Below are positions 59,712-64,000 of a stretch of DNA of 64,000 nt, piece after piece (within the stretch, counting starts at the first letter, position 1; each line of letters begins with the position of its first letter). A model generated the notes under the pieces. That model saw nothing but the letters and a program-made list of their open reading frames with translations. It searched no databases and had not been told where the DNA came from. The DNA is taken from the NCBI GenBank assembly GCA_045106415.1, contig JBGCEP010000027.1, forward strand, positions 1 through 64,000, in the 5' to 3' direction. The position numbers and the translations under genes were made by a program. This stretch comes from Oligoflexales bacterium (GTDB lineage Bacteria; Bdellovibrionota_B; Oligoflexia; Oligoflexales; Bog-1112).

Positions 59712-61433
59712 ATGTTAAAAAAAATTTTGTCATTATTATTTATTTTTGTAGGTCTACCTTGGAATCTTTACTCACAAGGCCTATTCAATCTCAATCGTCA
59801 TAACGACCGTGATGTTCAGCCCTCTGAGGTTGTTCATTGGTCACCTGATAATATTACAATGATATCGCAAAACACTGGTGAACTGCGAGTCCGCCTACAA
59901 ACAGATCATGATTTCACTTTATACCAAGACCAGCTAAAATTTAAATCAGCAGACGGTTTTCCTATAACCCCTAAATCTCACCCTGTACCGAAGAAAGTCC
60001 TCGATCCAATATCTGGAGAATATAAAAATGTCTACGACGATGGTGACTTTGTATTAGAGGTCAAAATACCAGACCACACAAACAGTTTTCCTCTTGCAAT
60101 ACGCTATATTAGCTGCACTTCAAAGATTTGCTTGTTCCCATACACAGAAAACCTGGATATTCCAGTGATAAGGGAACACAAAAGAGCACAAACTCAAAGC
60201 ACATCACCACTAAAAAGCTACTCTTTAGAACAAGGCCTCTTACAAAAATTTGAAGCTTCACAAAAAAACTTCACCATTCTCCTTCTCATCGCGTTATTAG
60301 GTGGCTTATTAACGAATCTTACTCCTTGCGTTTATCCTATGATCCCCATAACGATTCGCCTTCTTTCAACACAAACGCGAAAACCTTTATTAGGGTCTTG
60401 TGCTTACGCTTTGGGAATCATGACAACATACACAGCTCTTGGTTCTATTGCCGCAGCCACTGGATCCCTGTTTGGATCCTTTATGGCAAACCCTTGGGTC
60501 AACATCTTTTTATCGGCTCTCATGTGCCTTCTAGCTTTTACAATGCTTGGCCTTTTCAACTTCAACGCTTTTCAGAACTTTGGGAATAAGGTTGGGCAAG
60601 GAAAAAAGGGGATACAAGCCGCATTTTTTATGGGAATCGGAGCTGGATTTATTGCTTCACCATGCACCGGCCCTATTTTAGGTGTTTTGCTAGGATATGC
60701 CGCAACACAAAACAACATCATGGAATCAACAGCTCTCTTAATTACCTATAGTTTTGGATTTGCAATTCCTTACGTCGCCCTAGGTAGCTTTGCTGGAAAA
60801 ATGACCCGCATGCAAGTTTCTGCTTCTGTGTTTTCAATTGTCAAGATTCTTTTCTCAGGGACTATGTTTGCTTTAAGCTTTTATTACCTACGCATTCCTT
60901 TGTATCAAGAATTGTCTCTTCTTGCGCCTTACTGGGCACACATTTGTCTCATTTCAGGATGCTTTGCAGCAAGCATCATCCTTGTGATCATTAAATCAAA
61001 CAAATCATCATTCCTTATGAGCTTAGCAGCTCTTTCATTAGGACTGAGTTTGTTCAGTATGACCCGACTCTCTTTTTCAAAAAACCATAATAATCTTTGG
61101 CTAAAAAATGAAAAAATTGCCCTTGAAACTGCAAAAAATGAAAACAGGCCATTACTGATCGATATGTGGGCAGAGTGGTGTGAATCTTGCAAAAAAATGG
61201 ATGCAACTACTTTTTCTTCTGAAGAAGTCATCAATTATTTTCAGAAACATCACTGGGTCCTGTTAAAACTAGATCTAACACAAGACACTCCAGAAACTCA
61301 AAGTATTCAAAAGCGCTATCAATTAGCTGGGCTTCCAACTCTTATTTTTCACTTCCCTAATGGACAAAAAGAATCTAAAGCAGGTTATTTATCAGATAAA
61401 GATCTTCTAGAGTATCTAAAGGAGATCAAATGA
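59712..61433 (+). CDS. dsbD: Thiol:disulfide interchange protein DsbD
   Basis: C-x4-C N-domain, LTPCVYPMIP, ASPCTGP, WCESC thioredoxin. Confidence 0.92.
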   Translation: MLKKILSLLFIFVGLPWNLYSQGLFNLNRHNDRDVQPSEVVHWSPDNITMISQNTGELRVRLQTDHDFTLYQDQLKFKSADGFPITPKSHPVPKKVLDPISGEYKNVYDDGDFVLEVKIPDHTNSFPLAIRYISCTSKICLFPYTENLDIPVIREHKRAQTQSTSPLKSYSLEQGLLQKFEASQKNFTILLLIALLGGLLTNLTPCVYPMIPITIRLLSTQTRKPLLGSCAYALGIMTTYTALGSIAAATGSLFGSFMANPWVNIFLSALMCLLAFTMLGLFNFNAFQNFGNKVGQGKKGIQAAFFMGIGAGFIASPCTGPILGVLLGYAATQNNIMESTALLITYSFGFAIPYVALGSFAGKMTRMQVSASVFSIVKILFSGTMFALSFYYLRIPLYQELSLLAPYWAHICLISGCFAASIILVIIKSNKSSFLMSLAALSLGLSLFSMTRLSFSKNHNNLWLKNEKIALETAKNENRPLLIDMWAEWCESCKKMDATTFSSEEVINYFQKHHWVLLKLDLTQDTPETQSIQKRYQLAGLPTLIFHFPNGQKESKAGYLSDKDLLEYLKEIK

Positions 61434-62968
61434 GGCGATATATTCTATATGTTGGATCTGAGGAACAATTGCAGCTCACACGTGCAAGTTTATCACGGCT
61501 CGGAGCTCATCCTCACCAAGACTCTGAAGTCAAAAATGATGGCTTTCAACTCAAACATAAACAGCTCCCTAATTTAGAACTCATCATTCACCTCCACAAC
61601 GAAAACTCAAGTATTTCAGCTCATCTTCAAAAAAATCCAATTGATCTCATGATTTATGATGAGCGCAAAGGTTTCGAAGCCATTCAAGCACTTCATAAAA
61701 TACGTGATGACATACTCAACTTATCTCGATTATGGGGACCTGATTTTCAACTGCCCATGGGCCGCATTTTAGCCATATTAGAAGACACTCCAGACTCTGC
61801 ACATCGATCTTTTGTATTAGGCCGAGATCACGTCAGAGATGTTATCGCCGGGCCTAAAAGCATGACCCCTATTCTTTTATGGATAGCTCGTATTTTCCAA
61901 AATGACTTAAAGCCAGAGGAAAACAAAGTTGGTTTAGCGCTAAGTGGCGGTGGTGTGGAAGGGTTTCTTTTTCAAGTCGGCTGTTTATACGCACTCTCAC
62001 AATCATTAAAAGAAAGGTCTATTACCCATCAAATTGACTTTTCATCAGGGATGAGCGCAGGGTCCATTCTTACAACACTGCTTGGTGCGGGATTACCAAT
62101 AGAAGAAGTCGTTAAATCTATTCGAGGCCAGCCTTCTCTACTTCCACCCTTACGGGGAAAAGATCTTTATGATATCGCTGGAAAAAATATTGCAAAACAT
62201 GTTTTTAAAAATACCTTCGGCCGTCAATCACTTCAATTATCACAGTGGCCAAACAAAGCATTTCAATCAATACCAACAGGATTATTTGAAGGAAATGTTA
62301 TACGAAAATATATCCAACAAACGCTACAAAAACTCGGCTGTGAAGACAGCTTTCACCTTCTTAAGAACCCCTGTTTTGTTGGAGCTACAGATCACGATAC
62401 ATTTGAACATACTGTTTTTGGCTTAGACCCTTGGATGGACGTTCCTGTTTCTGAAGCGGTCAGAGCATCTTGTGCGATCCCTCCTTTTTTCACTCCTGTC
62501 TCTCTTGGTGGTCGATTTTTCATTGATGGACAAATCACAAAAACATGTAATTTAGAGTTACTTGTCCGCCAAGGGTGTCGACTTATTCTTATCGTTGATC
62601 CTGTTCAACCATACACACATATTGAAGCAGGAACGACCGAACGCCAAGGAGGCGGCTTCTCTCTTATTCAAACAATAAAAACCCTCATCTATACCCGTTT
62701 TCAACAAACTCTTATTCACCTTACAGAGCGTTACCCTGATGTTGACTTTGTTGTTTTTCAGCCTTGGGAAGAGTGCGCAGAACTTATGTCTGGATCTCCA
62801 ATGAAGTATCGTTTGCAGCAAAAACTTGTCGACTTCGCATACCAAGGTACACTCCGAAGGTTACGCGAAAGACATCATGTTTATCATGAAAAATTTTCAA
62901 AATACTCATTTTCCCTCATTGATCAACAATCTCTTCTTGAAACAGAGCGAAAAGGTATCCTTTTATGA
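61430..62968 (+). CDS. Patatin-like phospholipase with N-terminal receiver-like domain
   Basis: LSGGGVEG, GMSAG, ASCAIP, IDGQ; N-terminal ILYV...IDLMIYDE. Confidence 0.85.
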   Translation: MRRYILYVGSEEQLQLTRASLSRLGAHPHQDSEVKNDGFQLKHKQLPNLELIIHLHNENSSISAHLQKNPIDLMIYDERKGFEAIQALHKIRDDILNLSRLWGPDFQLPMGRILAILEDTPDSAHRSFVLGRDHVRDVIAGPKSMTPILLWIARIFQNDLKPEENKVGLALSGGGVEGFLFQVGCLYALSQSLKERSITHQIDFSSGMSAGSILTTLLGAGLPIEEVVKSIRGQPSLLPPLRGKDLYDIAGKNIAKHVFKNTFGRQSLQLSQWPNKAFQSIPTGLFEGNVIRKYIQQTLQKLGCEDSFHLLKNPCFVGATDHDTFEHTVFGLDPWMDVPVSEAVRASCAIPPFFTPVSLGGRFFIDGQITKTCNLELLVRQGCRLILIVDPVQPYTHIEAGTTERQGGGFSLIQTIKTLIYTRFQQTLIHLTERYPDVDFVVFQPWEECAELMSGSPMKYRLQQKLVDFAYQGTLRRLRERHHVYHEKFSKYSFSLIDQQSLLETERKGILL

Positions 62969-63603
62969 AGCATCACATCACAAAAGAAGATATTAAACTT
63001 TTTCAATACTGGCGTTCTTCTTGCTCATGGCGTGTTCGATGGGCTTTACGTTTAAAAGAAATCCCTCACGAAATTAATTCCGTGAACCTAAAAAATGGTG
63101 AACAAGAACAAAAAAAATGGTTAGAAAAACACCCTGGAGGGCTACTCCCTCAGCTTCACTACAAAGATAAAATTTTAAGTCAATCTCTTTCTATTCTTGA
63201 GTGGCTAGAAGAAACGCACCCTACTCCATCCTTACTTCCAAGAGACTCTCTAGAAAAACAAAAAGTAAGAGAACTTTGCCATATTATTGCTTGTGATACT
63301 CAACCTCTACAAAATCTCCGAGTTTTAAAAAAATCACACGATCAAAAAAAACATGCTTATACATGGATACATAAAGGTCTTACAGTATTCGAATATTCAC
63401 GGGATAAAAAAGATTATTTTTGTTATGGAAATCAAATAACAATGGCAGATCTTTGCTTTGTGCCACAGTGGTATAATGCCCTAAGATTCGATATAAAAAA
63501 AGAAGATTTCCCATTATTGCACGACATTTATATCCGTTGTTTAAAAACAGAACCATGCTTTTTATCTTCACCTCAAGAACAACCCGACGCTATGAGTTCA
63601 TGA
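62965..63603 (+). CDS. maiA: Maleylacetoacetate isomerase (GST zeta)
   Basis: YWRSSCSWRVR, QSLSILEWL, DTQPLQNL, PQWYNA-x-RF, QPD. Confidence 0.92.
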   Translation: MKHHITKEDIKLFQYWRSSCSWRVRWALRLKEIPHEINSVNLKNGEQEQKKWLEKHPGGLLPQLHYKDKILSQSLSILEWLEETHPTPSLLPRDSLEKQKVRELCHIIACDTQPLQNLRVLKKSHDQKKHAYTWIHKGLTVFEYSRDKKDYFCYGNQITMADLCFVPQWYNALRFDIKKEDFPLLHDIYIRCLKTEPCFLSSPQEQPDAMSS

Positions 63604-64000
63604 TCTTATCAAAAACGCTTCGAATATCTTGTATACTAACCGGCTTTGTTAAAAAATCATCCATCCCTGACTCAAAGCACTTCTGCTTGTTTTCATCAAG
63701 AGCATGTGCGGTTAAAGCAATAATTTGAGATTGGCAGCCTTGTTCTCTTAATTTTTGAGTTGCTTCATACCCATCCATTATTGGCATAAAACAATCCATA
63801 AAGATAACGTCGGCCTGGTTGCTGTTATAAATAGAAATAGCCTCTTCACCGTTCGCCGCAGTTAAAGCCTCAATATGCAAAGATTTAAGTATTTTAACCA
63901 TAATTTTCCGATTAACCATCTCATCATCCACCACAATAACTTTATTCATAGGGGTTCCTTTCAACTCAGAAGAACTACGACTTCTACGAATATCATTCAT
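63590..64000 (-). CDS. Response regulator receiver domain (stand-alone from 63949, or C-terminus of a hybrid kinase beyond the window)
   Basis: VVDD, FMDCFMP, ALTAH, DDFLTKP. Confidence 0.9.
   Translation of the reverse strand: MNDIRRSRSSSELKGTPMNKVIVVDDEMVNRKIMVKILKSLHIEALTAANGEEAISIYNSNQADVIFMDCFMPIMDGYEATQKLREQGCQSQIIALTAHALDENKQKCFESGMDDFLTKPVSIQDIRSVFDKIMNS

Noticed and set aside
2561..63728. Numerous 60-140 aa ORFs overlapping annotated genes
   Set aside because: Alternate-frame or antisense ORFs with no recognisable motifs.

Overview
This is a 64 kb AT-rich bacterial chromosomal window. Its gene content (pilGHI-like ABC locus, receiver-TPR proteins, PilZ proteins, many lineage-specific hypotheticals) suggests a Bdellovibrionota/Oligoflexia-like organism, which is an inference. 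Most of it is housekeeping or metabolic: fadH, yggS/yggT, type II glutamine synthetase, tldD, rpoZ, a UvrA paralogue, acetoacetyl-CoA synthetase, yejABE, prc, ung, recJ, sthA, a heterodimeric ABC exporter, an orphan rplX, dsbD and maiA. I saw no rRNA, tRNA or CRISPR array. Reading outside the ORF track revealed a decayed IS607-type element (tnpA + tnpB) in two oppositely oriented pieces (about 540-1180 on -, about 3290-3820 on +). It also revealed several sigma-28-like promoters, which precede a very divergent flagellin-like gene and uncharacterised genes. Other notable items: a tandem pair of small unknown paralogues, several apparent pseudo-enzymes and pseudo-receivers, a recJ-adenosine deaminase operon facing ung, a UvrA lacking its insertion domain, and an H1-like Lys-rich protein with an AT-hook. 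All assignments come from motif recognition by eye; no database searches were run.
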